A DNA stretch of 64,000 bases from Camelus dromedarius (taxonomy: Eukaryota), in assembly GCF_036321535.1 (NCBI RefSeq), contig NC_087436.1:81160001-81224000 (forward strand). The letters are read 5' to 3'. Both the position numbers and the translations under genes were made by a program. Shown here one piece after another: positions 63,408 through 64,000 of the stretch (position 1 is the stretch's first letter; each line of letters opens with the position of its first letter). The notes under the pieces are model-generated. The model was given only the letters and a program-made list of their open reading frames with translations, was not told the DNA's origin and did not search any database.

Positions 63408-64000
63408 AATTCATTTAAGAAATATTTATCAAATACCTATTTTATAGTAGATACTGTTTTGAACACTGGGAATATCGAGGTTTAAAAAGCCTCAATCTTA
63501 TGTTTCTGATCTTATGTATAACTTCCCATATGTTTCTGATCTTATAAAACTTACTCTAGAGGCGATAACAGTAAACATATTTAAACTAATTAAATGAATT
63601 AGTAAGTGAAAAAGAGGCAAAGATAATTTTGGATAGTGGTAAGTGCTATGAAGAAAAATAAAAATAGGGAAGTGAGGTAGAGAGTGTGTTTGTAGTGGGA
63701 AGGATGGTTAGCTAGAGTGGTCAGGAAATCCTTTTTCTGGGAAGGAAGCAGCAGGAAGGATAAACCTTGTGGTTGGGCAGCTGGATTTACATTGAGGGCA
63801 ATGGGAAACCATTGTAGGGATGAAGCAGGGAATGATGGGAAACTCTTGGACAATATGAAGCAGGAGAATAATGGGAAACCTTTGGAGGGTATGAAGCAGG
63901 AGAAGGATGGGAAACCAGGAGAGGATATGAAGAGGGGAATGGTTTCTCTGGCTGCTGAGAGGAAACTGGATTGTGGGAGGAGATAGGCAAGACAAAGTAA
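63408..64000 (-). mobile_element. L2 LINE relic running to the window end
   Basis: ttcatttaagaaatatttatcaaatacctattt...tgaacactggg, gatagtggtaagtgctatgaagaaaaataaa, gtggtcaggaaatcc, tctctggctgctgaga. Confidence 0.75.
63801..63940. repeat. Diverged minisatellite, about 4 copies of a 34-36 bp unit
   Basis: atgggaaac..ttgga.gg.tatgaagcaggagaa units start at 63801, 63835, 63871 and 63907. Confidence 0.85.

Larger units (their letters stand above)
13226..64000 (+). other. ARHGAP24: 5' part of the very long ARHGAP24 intron downstream of the PH-domain exon
   Basis: Starts with GTAAGA. The next expected coding exon (GDRDRMTANHESYLL...) was not found in the window. Confidence 0.85.

Noticed and set aside
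63717..63995. Overlapping ORFs with repeated peptides
   Set aside because: Produced by a 36-bp tandem repeat inside an L2 relic.
1..64000. Foreign (bacterial, phage or viral coding) insert, tRNA/rRNA/snRNA genes, or a novel multi-gene system
   Set aside because: Composition is uniformly mammalian intronic; I saw no long ORFs, no ERV internal genes and no recognisable structural RNA. A cmscan/BLASTX run would be needed to exclude short degenerate copies.

Overview
This is AT-rich mammalian genomic DNA, not prokaryotic. It lies entirely inside the ARHGAP24 (FilGAP, PH-RhoGAP) gene on the + strand. The only coding sequence I can support is one 88-nt internal exon at 13138-13225, encoding GTIFLPGNKVLEHPCNEESPGKFLFEVVP(G), part of the PH domain (exon 3 in human numbering as I recall it). 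The rest is intron, densely filled with L1, L2, MIR, MaLR/ERV LTR and DNA-transposon relics. The young L1 3' ends, with no recognisable ruminant, pig, horse or primate SINEs, suggest a camelid genome; this is inferred from repeat content only. The main things worth a second look are: (1) a repeat-poor block near 52.5-53.0 kb that looks like an internal alternative promoter/first exon with tandem splice donors; (2) a well-preserved antisense solo ERV LTR (24136-24700) with 8 CCAAT boxes, 2 octamers, a TATA box and a 4-bp TSD; (3) intron read-through, a perfect-consensus alternative donor and a poly(A) signal just after the coding exon, plus an apparent orthologue of the human MIR4451 locus; (4) two 5'-inverted (twin-primed-like) L1 insertions; (5) several local tandem duplications. 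None of the supplied ORFs is a credible protein gene. I did not find a convincing previously undescribed biological system. Repeat family names and boundaries are from visual recognition and are approximate.
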